From a virus (Duplodnaviria; Caudoviricetes), in the IMG/VR virus record IMGVR_UViG_3300031862_000774, positions 1 to 55,101 of that record: DNA of 55,101 bases; one strand, 5' to 3'. A model generated the notes under the pieces. The model was not told the origin of the DNA. It did not search any database and worked only from the letters and a program-made list of their open reading frames with translations. This document shows, piece after piece, positions 18,179 through 26,646 of this stretch. The position numbers and the translations under genes are program-made. Every line of letters starts with the position of its first letter. Positions within the stretch are counted from its first letter, which is position 1.

Positions 18179-19845
18179 TGAAGCAAAATTATCGGGAGAT
18201 CCTGCTGGCCGACCTGGCGGGAAACCCCAGGAATCCGAGGAAGCAGTTCACCGGGCCGAAGTTCGACGAACTCACGGCGTCGGTCAAGGAGAAGGGCGTC
18301 ATCGAGCCGATCATCGTCAGGCCTAAGAAGTTCAAGAACACGAGCTTCGAGATCGTCGCCGGCGAGAGGCGCTACCACGCGGCGAGCCTGGCGGGGCTAA
18401 AGACGATCCCCGCAGTCATCCGGGAGCTCACCGATGAGCAGGCCTTCGACTTCATGCTGATCGAGAACCTGCAGCGCGAGGACCTGACGGAGTTCGAGGA
18501 GGCCGAGAGCTTCAAGGCCTACGTCGGGAAGCATGGCGAGGATGGGATCCCGGGCCTCGCGGAGAAGACGGGGATATCGCCGCAGTACATCCGCCGGCGG
18601 ATGGCTGTGCTGGCGCTCCCTGGGCAAGCACTCGAGGCTTGGAGGAAAGGCCGGCTCCGGTACGGGCACCTCGAGCAGCTCCTCCGGGTGAAGGCCTCGC
18701 CGAATTTCAAGGAGTTTTTCAGGCTGGCCATGGAGCAGGACCGGTGGGACGGCCAGACCACTGTCGAGGAGCTGAAGAGAAGGATCGACAATGAATCGCC
18801 GGCGCTCAGCCTGGCCTATTTCCCAATCACGCCGGAAGGCTGCGAGGCCTGCCCGAAGAACACGATGGTCCAGCGGGGCCTCTTCGGGATCGACGACGCG
18901 CAGAAGTCGCGCTGCCTCGACCCGGGCTGCTTCAAGAAGAAGCAGAACGACTGGCTCCTCGGACATTGGGATGAGAGCCCGCTTCGCAAAAAGTACGGGA
19001 CGACCGGGTTCAAGTTCAAAAACAAGATCGGCTATAACGACCACGAGAGCGTCAAGTCCTCTTTCCGGCCGGACGAGAAGTGCAAGGCCTGCCCCCATTT
19101 CCTGACGGTCATTGAGGATAGCGGAGAGGTTTCGACCTACGACGAGCAGGAGTGCTTTAACAAGGCCTGCCTGCGATCGCGGACAGCGAAGATGCGGGGG
19201 GATATCTCGGAGAGAGAAAAACAGGAGAGGAAGCCGGGCGACGTCCGGGTCTCCTGGCACGGCGAATATTTCCGTGACCTCTTTTTCGAGAAGCGACTGC
19301 CGGCGCGCCTCGCCTGTTTCGGTCCGACGTCGCAAGAAATGATAACCCTTCTTTTCGTGGCCGCGCTCCATGGCAATTCGGTCGCCCGGGATGCGATCTG
19401 GGAAGCGCTTAAGGTCAAATTCCGCGAGCGCTGGAATGAGGAGCGCCTATTCGGACGGATCCTGGCACTTCCCCATGCCGAGATCGACAAGCTCATCCCC
19501 AAAGCGGTCAAGGCGGTCGTCATGGATGGGCAGCACGTCGGCGATTACAGCGGCTTCGGGACGACGAACCGGTTCGCCGCGGCCAAGTTCCTGGGGATCG
19601 ATGTCGAGAAGGAGTGGGCCATGACCGAGGAGTACCTGCAGAAGAAGACCAAGGCGGAGATCATGGCAATCGGGAAGAAGCTCAAGATCTTCGCCGACGC
19701 GAAGGCCAAGGCATATCTCGCGAAAAACCTCAAGGGCAGGGAGCCGGGGAAGCTGAAGAAGGGCGAGCTCGTGGACCTGGTCCTCAAGTCGGGCGTGGAG
19801 CTCGTCGGCAAGGTGCCGGACGAGATCCTGAAGGCAACGAGGTGA
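18175..19845 (+). CDS. ParB/RepB/Spo0J-family protein
   Basis: NPRKQF, GVIEPIIVR, IVAGERRYHAA, ENLQREDL. Confidence 0.9.
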   Translation: MMKQNYREILLADLAGNPRNPRKQFTGPKFDELTASVKEKGVIEPIIVRPKKFKNTSFEIVAGERRYHAASLAGLKTIPAVIRELTDEQAFDFMLIENLQREDLTEFEEAESFKAYVGKHGEDGIPGLAEKTGISPQYIRRRMAVLALPGQALEAWRKGRLRYGHLEQLLRVKASPNFKEFFRLAMEQDRWDGQTTVEELKRRIDNESPALSLAYFPITPEGCEACPKNTMVQRGLFGIDDAQKSRCLDPGCFKKKQNDWLLGHWDESPLRKKYGTTGFKFKNKIGYNDHESVKSSFRPDEKCKACPHFLTVIEDSGEVSTYDEQECFNKACLRSRTAKMRGDISEREKQERKPGDVRVSWHGEYFRDLFFEKRLPARLACFGPTSQEMITLLFVAALHGNSVARDAIWEALKVKFRERWNEERLFGRILALPHAEIDKLIPKAVKAVVMDGQHVGDYSGFGTTNRFAAAKFLGIDVEKEWAMTEEYLQKKTKAEIMAIGKKLKIFADAKAKAYLAKNLKGREPGKLKKGELVDLVLKSGVELVGKVPDEILKATR

Positions 19846-19909
19846 TATGGTCACAAAACTAATCCGGGAACGCTATGGCCGGCGCCTCCTGGATGGAGGA
19901 GATAAAAAC

Positions 19910-20230
19910 ATGACCAAGAAAAACGATTTGAAGGAAGAGGTGAAAAAGGATCTGGAAGAGGCGGGCTTTCTGGCGACAGGGAAAAAGGAACCGGCGCAGA
20001 AGCCGCTCTTCGGCGACATGGATTTGGTCATCAACACGCTCGAAACGGAAGCGACGGAAATCAAGAAGCAGATCGAGAAGGCCCAGGATTCAATCGACCG
20101 GAGGAAGGAGGAGATCTCCGATCTCGGGGAGAGGCTGGACAATATCGAGACTTCGCTGGCCAAGCTCCGGGCGAAAGCGAAGGAGGTCGAGGCCCCGGCG
20201 GAAGAAAAGGAAGGGGAGCCGCCGTTCTGA
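19910..20230 (+). CDS. Coiled-coil hypothetical protein
   Basis: GGAG RBS; acidic C-terminus ending PPF. Confidence 0.6.
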   Translation: MTKKNDLKEEVKKDLEEAGFLATGKKEPAQKPLFGDMDLVINTLETEATEIKKQIEKAQDSIDRRKEEISDLGERLDNIETSLAKLRAKAKEVEAPAEEKEGEPPF

Positions 20231-20652
20231 TGATCACACTGACAGTCCCGGGTGAGCCCATGGGGAAGGGCCGGCCGCGCTGGGCGAAGTGGGGAATTTA
20301 TACACCCAAGAAGACCGTGAACTACGAGACGCAGATCCGGGAGCGCTTCTCGGCCGAGTACCCGGGGTTCGAACCGCTTACCTCTGCCATTCGCCTTGAG
20401 CTTTCCGCCTACCTGGGGATCCCCTGTTCGGAGAGTAAGCGGAAGCAGGCGCTCATGGAGGCCGGCGCGATCCGGCCGAAGAAAAGGCCGGATCTGGACA
20501 ATATCGAGAAGGTTGTCCTGGATGCTCTCCAGAGCATCGCCTTCCGGAACGACAGCCAGGTCTGCGCAGTCGACAAGATGAAGTGGTACTCACGGACGCC
20601 ACGGCTCGAGATTCGGATTCTGGAGATCAAAGAGGAAGGAGGCAAAGAATGA
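20230..20652 (+). CDS. rusA: RusA-family Holliday junction resolvase
   Basis: GKGRPR, KRPDLDNIEKVVLDAL, NDSQV. Confidence 0.92.
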   Translation: MITLTVPGEPMGKGRPRWAKWGIYTPKKTVNYETQIRERFSAEYPGFEPLTSAIRLELSAYLGIPCSESKRKQALMEAGAIRPKKRPDLDNIEKVVLDALQSIAFRNDSQVCAVDKMKWYSRTPRLEIRILEIKEEGGKE

Positions 20653-20840
20653 TAAGAGCATATCGAATTAGAATCGTTGAGATCAGAAAAAGGATCAACG
20701 ACATTATTGATGCAGAGCTCGCCACGCTGGACAATGAAGAACTGAGACAAGTCAAAGAGAACAACGGCAGCAAACGAATTGCGGTGCCGGAAGGAACAAA
20801 AGAAATCATGGATGCCGAAGCCGAAAAGAAGGCAGAATGA
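20649..20840 (+). CDS. Hypothetical protein
   Basis: GGAGG RBS and ATGA overlaps on both sides. Confidence 0.55.
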   Translation: MIRAYRIRIVEIRKRINDIIDAELATLDNEELRQVKENNGSKRIAVPEGTKEIMDAEAEKKAE

Positions 20841-21028
20841 CCGATCGTCGTGCTGGTAAAGTTTTCCTCGCTCACTGGGATGAATGGGTTGAGCTGTGCA
20901 GGGAGCAAAATGAAGACCCGAGATAGGTGGACGAGCTAACTTTTGGAATAGGTGGAGGAAATTACTTTACTGTGAGGCCGAATTGCGATCCGCCGGAGGA
21001 GGCCGCCGATGAGGAGAAAGATGAGTGA
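20837..21028 (+). pseudogene. Small gene interrupted by in-frame TAG (20924-20926)
   Basis: Frame continues past TAG and ends in the repeat-encoded tail EEAADEEKDE, like the intact neighbours. Confidence 0.55.
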
Positions 21029-21203
21029 GACAGAACGATATGAACGGAGGCAAACCTTCGTTGCTCGCCGTAGAGCGATAGGGAAGGAATGGCATAGGTT
21101 ACATCCTGAAGGCATCAACGCATCGAACCTTGTGGATTTCAAGGTATTTATGAAGCGTCGGGAAAAAGAGGCCGCCGGTGAGAAAGCGAAAAACCGAGGT
21201 TAA
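21021..21203 (+). CDS. Array gene, hypothetical
   Basis: Start in extended repeat (could also start at 21009). Confidence 0.6.
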   Translation: MSETERYERRQTFVARRRAIGKEWHRLHPEGINASNLVDFKVFMKRREKEAAGEKAKNRG

Positions 21204-21432
21204 AATATTCGCTGTTTCGCCATTCGCTCAAAAAAAAGAGGTTGACCTATATTGTTTTGGCTCGTGCGGGAAAATAATCGTTGGAGCAATTACTATCTGT
21301 GGTGGCACGTTTTTTCCATGCAAAGAAGATATTTGCCCTCATGAAGAAAAACGTACTCCTGAGCCTATCGGGAGAATCGAATCACAATTTGTATACGTGA
21401 GGAAATTAAGGCAGGCTGCCGATGAGCATTGA
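21178..21432 (+). CDS. Array gene, Cys-rich hypothetical
   Basis: GTG start inside repeat; ends QAADEH. Confidence 0.6.
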   Translation: MRKRKTEVKIFAVSPFAQKKEVDLYCFGSCGKIIVGAITICGGTFFPCKEDICPHEEKRTPEPIGRIESQFVYVRKLRQAADEH

Positions 21433-21646
21433 ATTTGAGCGAGGAGACCTACCTGAGCTTGGTCGCATGGAAATGACCTGTGATTTTCCTGATTGCAAAG
21501 TCACCGACTATTTTGATGGTGATTTTCGAGAATGCGTCAGCCAGGCTAAGGAACATGGATGGCATATTTTCAAGGCGAGTCCCGATGAATGGGAACACTA
21601 TTGTCCTGAACATGCAAAGGAGGCCGCCGATAAGGAGGAAAGATGA
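21422..21646 (+). CDS. Array gene, zinc-finger protein
   Basis: CDFPDC...GW...HYCPEH. Confidence 0.7.
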   Translation: MSIEFERGDLPELGRMEMTCDFPDCKVTDYFDGDFRECVSQAKEHGWHIFKASPDEWEHYCPEHAKEAADKEER

Positions 21647-21837
21647 TAAAACTTGAAGACCTTTTACCGTGTCCCTTTTGCGGAGGAAAAGAAGTGGAAG
21701 AGGGAACCAGCGAAGATGGAGTAGATTTGGTTGTAATATGTCATGACTGCGGGGCTTGTGGCCCGCCTGCCGACAGCATCGCAGGGGCAAGGGAGGAATG
21801 GAATAAGCGAGGGGGGAAGGAGGCCGCCGATGAATAA
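21643..21837 (+). CDS. lar: Lar-family restriction alleviation protein
   Basis: LLPCPFCGG...VICHDCGACGP...AREEWNKR. Confidence 0.8.
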   Translation: MIKLEDLLPCPFCGGKEVEEGTSEDGVDLVVICHDCGACGPPADSIAGAREEWNKRGGKEAADE

Positions 21838-22042
21838 AGCAAAGAAAAAAGAAATGCCATTATGTTCTTGTGGGTTTCCGCAGAGTTTTCCCATACCACA
21901 TGAACATGATAGAACAGAACGGGAAAAACAGATAATTAATTACTATGAACGTCGAGATGCCATGTTCAGACATGTGGATGCTGTCCAGGAATTTCTTCGT
22001 GCGAAGAAAGAGAAGGAGGCCACCGATGAGGAGGAAAGATGA
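21830..22042 (+). CDS. Array gene, hypothetical with CSC...HEH motif
   Basis: ATG inside repeat; ends EATDEEER. Confidence 0.65.
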   Translation: MNKAKKKEMPLCSCGFPQSFPIPHEHDRTEREKQIINYYERRDAMFRHVDAVQEFLRAKKEKEATDEEER

Positions 22043-22329
22043 GTGAGGTAAGTAAAGAGAAAAAGCTACGTTGGCTGGCCTTGAAAAGAACTGCGGTTTA
22101 TATGGATTCGACATATCAAAGCACTGGAACATTGTCAGATTTAGCCAAGGTAGAATTGGAGACAATTGATGCCATCCGCCGTCTCATCGAGAAGGTGGGA
22201 GAATGGCAAGAAAAAGCAAAAAAGCATCTTGAGAAATTGGATGATGAACCATTGGCGATGGATGTATTAGATGCCTTGGATTTGCTTGGCGAAATCCGTG
22301 ATTTTGGAAAGGAGGCCGCCCATGAGTAA
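22039..22329 (+). CDS. Array gene, helical hypothetical
   Basis: Bounded by repeats. Confidence 0.65.
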   Translation: MSEVSKEKKLRWLALKRTAVYMDSTYQSTGTLSDLAKVELETIDAIRRLIEKVGEWQEKAKKHLEKLDDEPLAMDVLDALDLLGEIRDFGKEAAHE

Positions 22330-22486
22330 GCAAATCCAATGCCCAAATTGTAATGGAGAAGGAAAATTTATGGAGGCAGATAGATTCGCTGATGAGTATG
22401 GAGAGAGGTGTATTATTTATATCCAATGTGAGCGTTGTCATGGGGATGGGTGGATTGAGGGAAGTAGAAAAGGAGGCCGCCGATGA
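22322..22486 (+). CDS. Array gene, DnaJ-type zinc finger
   Basis: CPNCNGEG...CERCHGDG. Confidence 0.7.
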   Translation: MSKQIQCPNCNGEGKFMEADRFADEYGERCIIYIQCERCHGDGWIEGSRKGGRR

Positions 22487-22668
22487 GTAAACCTGAATTT
22501 TGGTGGTGTATCAAAGCGGAGAATAAACTTCAGGCATTTACTGCTTCCCTTAATAAATTTGTACCCGTTTCTATTTGGCTTAAATATCTTAACCGCGAGA
22601 AATTACGAGTGGATGAATCCGTCGTTCGCATCTGCGTCAAGGAAGCACATAAAGGAGGCCGCCGATGA
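22483..22668 (+). CDS. Array gene, hypothetical
   Basis: Bounded by repeats; ends KGGRR. Confidence 0.6.
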   Translation: MSKPEFWWCIKAENKLQAFTASLNKFVPVSIWLKYLNREKLRVDESVVRICVKEAHKGGRR

Positions 22669-22844
22669 GGAAGCTGAGTGAAAGGGAGATACCGAAAATC
22701 CTGGATGAATTGATAGCCATTAAGAGGTTATTAATTCTGGAATTGCTGACATCTGGCATTAAGGCTAAAGATATCGCAGGGATGATTGGGGGAAAGACAA
22801 AAGAAATAGAACAGATTTTTAAATCCAAAGGAGGCCGCCGATGA
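22665..22844 (+). CDS. Array gene, HTH-like 59-aa protein (not in ORF track)
   Basis: MRKLSE...SGIKAKDIAGMIGG...KGGRR; bounded by repeats. Confidence 0.65.
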   Translation: MRKLSEREIPKILDELIAIKRLLILELLTSGIKAKDIAGMIGGKTKEIEQIFKSKGGRR

Positions 22845-23125
22845 GTGAATTCAAATTTAGATTAGATAAAGAACAACTCGAATCTGAATTAAATGGTGTG
22901 GCCACAGGATACCCCCCATCCAAAGAATGGGTAAATCATATCCGCTGCCTCATCGAGAACATGGACAAGAAGGTGAACAGGGAATTTGTGCAAAGATATG
23001 AAGGACTAATAAAAGAAGCATGGAGTATGGATTGGCCGATTTTGAAAGTAAACGAAATAAAAAGAATTTTAGATATGATGCTTGCCGAACTCGGCCATGA
23101 GGTCGAGGAGGAGGAGGAAAAATGA
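22841..23125 (+). CDS. Array gene, hypothetical, partly similar to 22039-22329
   Basis: IRCLIENM vs IRRLIEKV; ATG inside repeat. Confidence 0.65.
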   Translation: MSEFKFRLDKEQLESELNGVATGYPPSKEWVNHIRCLIENMDKKVNREFVQRYEGLIKEAWSMDWPILKVNEIKRILDMMLAELGHEVEEEEEK

Positions 23126-23448
23126 GTGAGCCGTTGAAAGAGGAATGGCCGATATGTCCCTGTAAAGAAACCATTGATGTTCTGGTGCATATCGACGCTG
23201 ACCTCACTTGTGAAAGAAATGAAAAATGGAAGGTAGTTAAAATTGACCGCTGTATTGCTTCTATAGTGAAAGCACTCCAAGATGGGAGAATAAACATGAG
23301 GGGTTCTTGTTGCGGGCATGGCAGGACAATCGGAGAGATAGAATTGAGTGATGGTAGAAAATTGCTGATTTATCCTACGGCAAATCAGTGGATGAATGAA
23401 GGGAGGGACTATTCACATACTCTGGAAAAGGTGAAGGAGGAAAAATGA
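23122..23448 (+). CDS. Hypothetical protein with IDRCIA...GSCCGHG motif
   Basis: Motif seen; ATGA overlaps on both sides. Confidence 0.65.
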   Translation: MSEPLKEEWPICPCKETIDVLVHIDADLTCERNEKWKVVKIDRCIASIVKALQDGRINMRGSCCGHGRTIGEIELSDGRKLLIYPTANQWMNEGRDYSHTLEKVKEEK

Positions 23449-24584
23449 ATAAGTGCGAAATCTTCGCAGGATGGCCTGGGGCCATAGGACGGCCTGGACC
23501 TTTGGAGTCTGGCCTTGACACGTGGTGTCGGGCTGGCGTGACGGGAGCCAGGGCATTCTTCTGGCACATCTTTAGGCCCCGATTCCCATACAGGGTCGTG
23601 AGGTGGGAAAACGACCGCAAGGATAAGAAGCGTTCCATTCCGATTTTCGCAGATGAGTGGGACGAGACATTCTTTGCGGAGGCGGAGGTTATTGTCAAGG
23701 CTATGGCGAAACGTAACATGACCCTCATAGCGACCATACTGGATGGCAAGTCGATTCGCTACGGGGAAGGGAAGGTGGAAGACCCTTGGAGGACTAACTG
23801 GAAATGGTGGGAAAAGTTATGGCCGGGCCACGGATTTTGTACCGAGGGCATGAATCCCCACACTCTGAAATGGCTTGACAAAATCATCCCGTTTCTGGAC
23901 AGCACGGGCATCAACTACCTCGTTGAAACCATCAATGAGTTTTATGTTCCGAACGAAAAAGACCCTCGCTTTGCCTGGCATCAATGGTTGGTGGATGAGC
24001 TGGGGAAAAGAGGTGTCGGGAAAGAACGCATTGTCACCTGCGCCCGACCGGCCTGGAGAGCCATTGCAGAGCAGGGGCATTATTACTCGCCCCATTGGAT
24101 TGTCACTTTACAACAATGGGATGCCATGGAAGCGGCTCTCGGAAATTTTCCAAGAGACAGAGTTATCCCAAGCGGTGATGGAGGACGAGACGGCAACGCC
24201 CCCAAGGGAGAATTCGGTAGGGGCCTCGGGGTCGAAGATGCCAAAAGATTTGCCAAGACAATGATTGAATGGGGTTATCCTATCTACGAGTATTGGGATC
24301 AAACAAGCAATGAATGGGAGCATAGTTATTTGGCCCCGGCAAAGGCGATGAGGATAATTTTCGAAGCGACCACCCCCGAGCCGCCTGCTCCGCCTATCCC
24401 CGTGCCTGAGCCGGTCCCGGGGCCCGCCCCGACTCCGCAACCGGAGCCGGGATCTAAAAAGGAGGAAAAAATGAATATCTTTCAATGGGCTTTTGGCAAG
24501 AATTCCTTTTGGCAGAAGAACCCGCTTTGGGCGAGGTTCCTTATGGGTTTCGTCCTGGGTTTCATTCTCGGTTTGATACTCTGA
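23445..24584 (+). CDS. Glycoside-hydrolase-like (TIM barrel) protein with Pro-rich linker and C-terminal TM helix
   Basis: Trp-rich; ETINE resembles the clan GH-A acid/base NE; YYSPH; PEPPAPP linker; hydrophobic tail. Confidence 0.5.
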   Translation: MNKCEIFAGWPGAIGRPGPLESGLDTWCRAGVTGARAFFWHIFRPRFPYRVVRWENDRKDKKRSIPIFADEWDETFFAEAEVIVKAMAKRNMTLIATILDGKSIRYGEGKVEDPWRTNWKWWEKLWPGHGFCTEGMNPHTLKWLDKIIPFLDSTGINYLVETINEFYVPNEKDPRFAWHQWLVDELGKRGVGKERIVTCARPAWRAIAEQGHYYSPHWIVTLQQWDAMEAALGNFPRDRVIPSGDGGRDGNAPKGEFGRGLGVEDAKRFAKTMIEWGYPIYEYWDQTSNEWEHSYLAPAKAMRIIFEATTPEPPAPPIPVPEPVPGPAPTPQPEPGSKKEEKMNIFQWAFGKNSFWQKNPLWARFLMGFVLGFILGLIL

Positions 24585-24769
24585 TGAGTGGGTCATTGAA
24601 CGAGGGAATTATCGAATTGATCGTGCTCGTGGTCTTACTGGCGATCATCGGCATACTGGCGCTGGCGATGAAGATGCGACGCGATGATAGGCGCAGACGG
24701 GAGGAGGAGACCCTCCGGCGAATTCTCAAACATCGTTACGGTGGTAAGGAGAAGGGCGATGGGGAATAA
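24584..24769 (+). CDS. Small single-TM protein
   Basis: Hydrophobic helix then basic tail. Confidence 0.55.
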   Translation: MSGSLNEGIIELIVLVVLLAIIGILALAMKMRRDDRRRREEETLRRILKHRYGGKEKGDGE

Positions 24770-24983
24770 CCGGACGGTCCATTCCTGGCAGGCGTTTCTG
24801 ATCTTCATGGTCTGCCTCATGGTCGGGTTCTTTTGGACATCCTATAAACCGGCGGCTCCGTTCGGGACGCTATTGACGGGCCTGCTTGGAGGTTTCGGCG
24901 GTTACCTCACAAAACGCATCGTCCAGAAGATGGAGAAATTCGGAGGCGCCGGCGGTAACAGCGAGAAAGGAGGAGAGATATGA
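24759..24983 (+). CDS. Holin-like 2-TM protein
   Basis: Two hydrophobic segments, charged C-terminus. Confidence 0.5.
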   Translation: MGNNRTVHSWQAFLIFMVCLMVGFFWTSYKPAAPFGTLLTGLLGGFGGYLTKRIVQKMEKFGGAGGNSEKGGEI

Positions 24984-25669
24984 AGAGCCAGACTAAGGTC
25001 ACGATCGCCCTGGCGGTCGTTCTCATCATCGTGATCACCATCGGCGGCTATGAGTGGGGCCGGTCGCACCAAGCGGCCAAGGATTGGAAGGCGCGCGAGG
25101 CGATCTATAACGAGCGGATCGCGGACAAGGATGTAACACTGGCAGCCCGGGTCGATGAACTCACGGCCATCAAGGGCGAGCTCGCGCAGGTCTCGGCCGA
25201 CATTGTCGTCCTCAAGGCCGACAGCGCCAAGGACAAGGCCCGCCTCGCCGACCGCGAGAAGCAGCTCCGCGATCTTCCGCCCGAGCACCTGGTGACGGAA
25301 GCGCGGGAGCTGCTCAATACCGACGGGATCACGCTCTCGGCCGATGGTGAGCACGTCATGTTCACGGTGTCCGCCTTCACCGAGGCGGTGGTCCGGATTG
25401 CCCGGGAGCGCCAGCTCACGTTCGAGTATGTCCCCAAGCTCGAGGCGACGATTAAGAAGCAGGACCTCAAGATCGAGAAGCTCGAGGCCGGCATGGCGAA
25501 CCTCGAGGGGCAGGTCCTGACCTGGGGCGAGAAGTACCAGATCCTCAAGGACGAGTTCGCCGATTTCAAGAGGGTCAAAGAGCGCTCGTGGTTCGCCCGC
25601 GCCATGGATACCGGCGGCAAGGTCGCCCTCGGCATCGTGGCCGGATTTGTCTTGGCGGCTGTGAGATGA
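24980..25669 (+). CDS. Spanin-like coiled-coil membrane protein
   Basis: N-terminal TM, long coiled coil, C-terminal hydrophobic helix. Confidence 0.5.
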   Translation: MKSQTKVTIALAVVLIIVITIGGYEWGRSHQAAKDWKAREAIYNERIADKDVTLAARVDELTAIKGELAQVSADIVVLKADSAKDKARLADREKQLRDLPPEHLVTEARELLNTDGITLSADGEHVMFTVSAFTEAVVRIARERQLTFEYVPKLEATIKKQDLKIEKLEAGMANLEGQVLTWGEKYQILKDEFADFKRVKERSWFARAMDTGGKVALGIVAGFVLAAVR

Positions 25670-25863
25670 AGGCCTGGCTCGGGGCGATCCTCTGCCGGCT
25701 CGGGCTGCACAGCAGGGAGCGGTTCGTCTACGAGAACGCGGAGCTGCCCGGGCTGCGCTGGCACGTGGAGAGGTGCTGGCGCTGCGGCGTGGTGTTTGTG
25801 TTCGAGGTGAGGCCGGCGGACCATCCGAATTGCCCGAGTGCGATCGTGGAGGAGGTGAACTGA
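25666..25863 (+). CDS. Small Cys/His phage protein
   Basis: LCRLGLH...CWRCG. Confidence 0.55.
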   Translation: MKAWLGAILCRLGLHSRERFVYENAELPGLRWHVERCWRCGVVFVFEVRPADHPNCPSAIVEEVN

Positions 25864-26117
25864 TGAAGCCGATCTCATTTAAGGAGCAAAATTCTGTGCT
25901 ACTGCCGCCGCCGGACATGACCGACCATGAATGCGGCCCGCTGCCGATTTATCGGGATGGGAAAACGATCATTAGTTGTTGGCAGATGAGTTGGGGCGAA
26001 AGGCTGGCGGCGCTTCTGTTCGGCAAGGTCTGGGTCGGCGTGCTCAGTATGATGTCGCAGCCGCCGATATGGCTGGCTTGCTGGAAGTCTGCATTCAAAA
26101 AGGGAGCGGGCACATGA
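25863..26117 (+). CDS. Conserved-looking phage hypothetical protein
   Basis: MKPISF...CGPLPI...ISCW...QPP; GGAGG RBS. Confidence 0.6.
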   Translation: MKPISFKEQNSVLLPPPDMTDHECGPLPIYRDGKTIISCWQMSWGERLAALLFGKVWVGVLSMMSQPPIWLACWKSAFKKGAGT

Positions 26118-26395
26118 CGCTCGAAGAAATTAAGTGCGAGGTGATAGAGGAAATTCATCGGGCCCAGGAAAAATTTCCATGGTGGCCCAAGGACGTGGTA
26201 CATGCCGCGGCGATCGTGGCTGAAGAGGCGGGCGAACTGCAGAAGGCGGCACTCCAGTTTTATTATCAGAACGGAGGGAGAGGGGCCATCCGGAAGGAGG
26301 CATTACAGACGGCGTCAATGGTTTATCGGCTACTTTTTCATATCGAACAGTATTGGCCCGAAGAACCCGGAGAGTCCGGGAAATTCGAAGAATAA
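26114..26395 (+). CDS. MazG-like NTP pyrophosphohydrolase fold protein
   Basis: IVAEEAGEL...KEALQTA. Confidence 0.55.
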   Translation: MTLEEIKCEVIEEIHRAQEKFPWWPKDVVHAAAIVAEEAGELQKAALQFYYQNGGRGAIRKEALQTASMVYRLLFHIEQYWPEEPGESGKFEE

Positions 26396-26412
26396 CGAAG
26401 GAGGTAAAAAAA

Positions 26413-26643
26413 ATGGTTATTTGCCGATTTTATGTTTGTGAAAAAGCCGAGATTCTTCATTGGGAAGGTGGAACGGCTTTCCGCGTTACTCTTGCACCTG
26501 CAAAGAGCGAGCCATTCGGAAGTGCTACTCCGTCAGGTAAGATCGAGATGCTTATCGTGCCGAAGGATGCGGGAGAAGAATTCCAAGTCGGGAAGTTCTA
26601 TCTTGTCAAATTTGAACTTGACCCCGACCAATCGGATAAATAA
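26413..26643 (+). CDS. Conserved-looking phage hypothetical protein
   Basis: ATPSGKIEM...FQVGKFYLVKF; GGAGG RBS. Confidence 0.65.
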   Translation: MVICRFYVCEKAEILHWEGGTAFRVTLAPAKSEPFGSATPSGKIEMLIVPKDAGEEFQVGKFYLVKFELDPDQSDK

Positions 26644-26646
26644 AGA

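Larger units (their letters stand above)
20998..22844 (+). repeat. Ten copies of a 15-bp gene-boundary direct repeat GGAGGCCGCCGATGA
   Basis: Copies at 20998, 21167, 21411, 21619, 21819, 22015, 22311, 22472, 22654 and 22830 (0-2 mismatches), each at a gene junction. Confidence 0.92.

Noticed and set aside
20924-20926. Amber recoding / alternative genetic code
   Set aside because: TAG terminates clear genes elsewhere, long genes are intact in the standard code, and no suppressor tRNA was seen
20998-22844. Repeat array as CRISPR or integron attC array
   Set aside because: Repeats are 15 bp and non-palindromic; intervals are 161-296 bp and fully coding; no cas1/cas2, attC core sites or integron integrase seen
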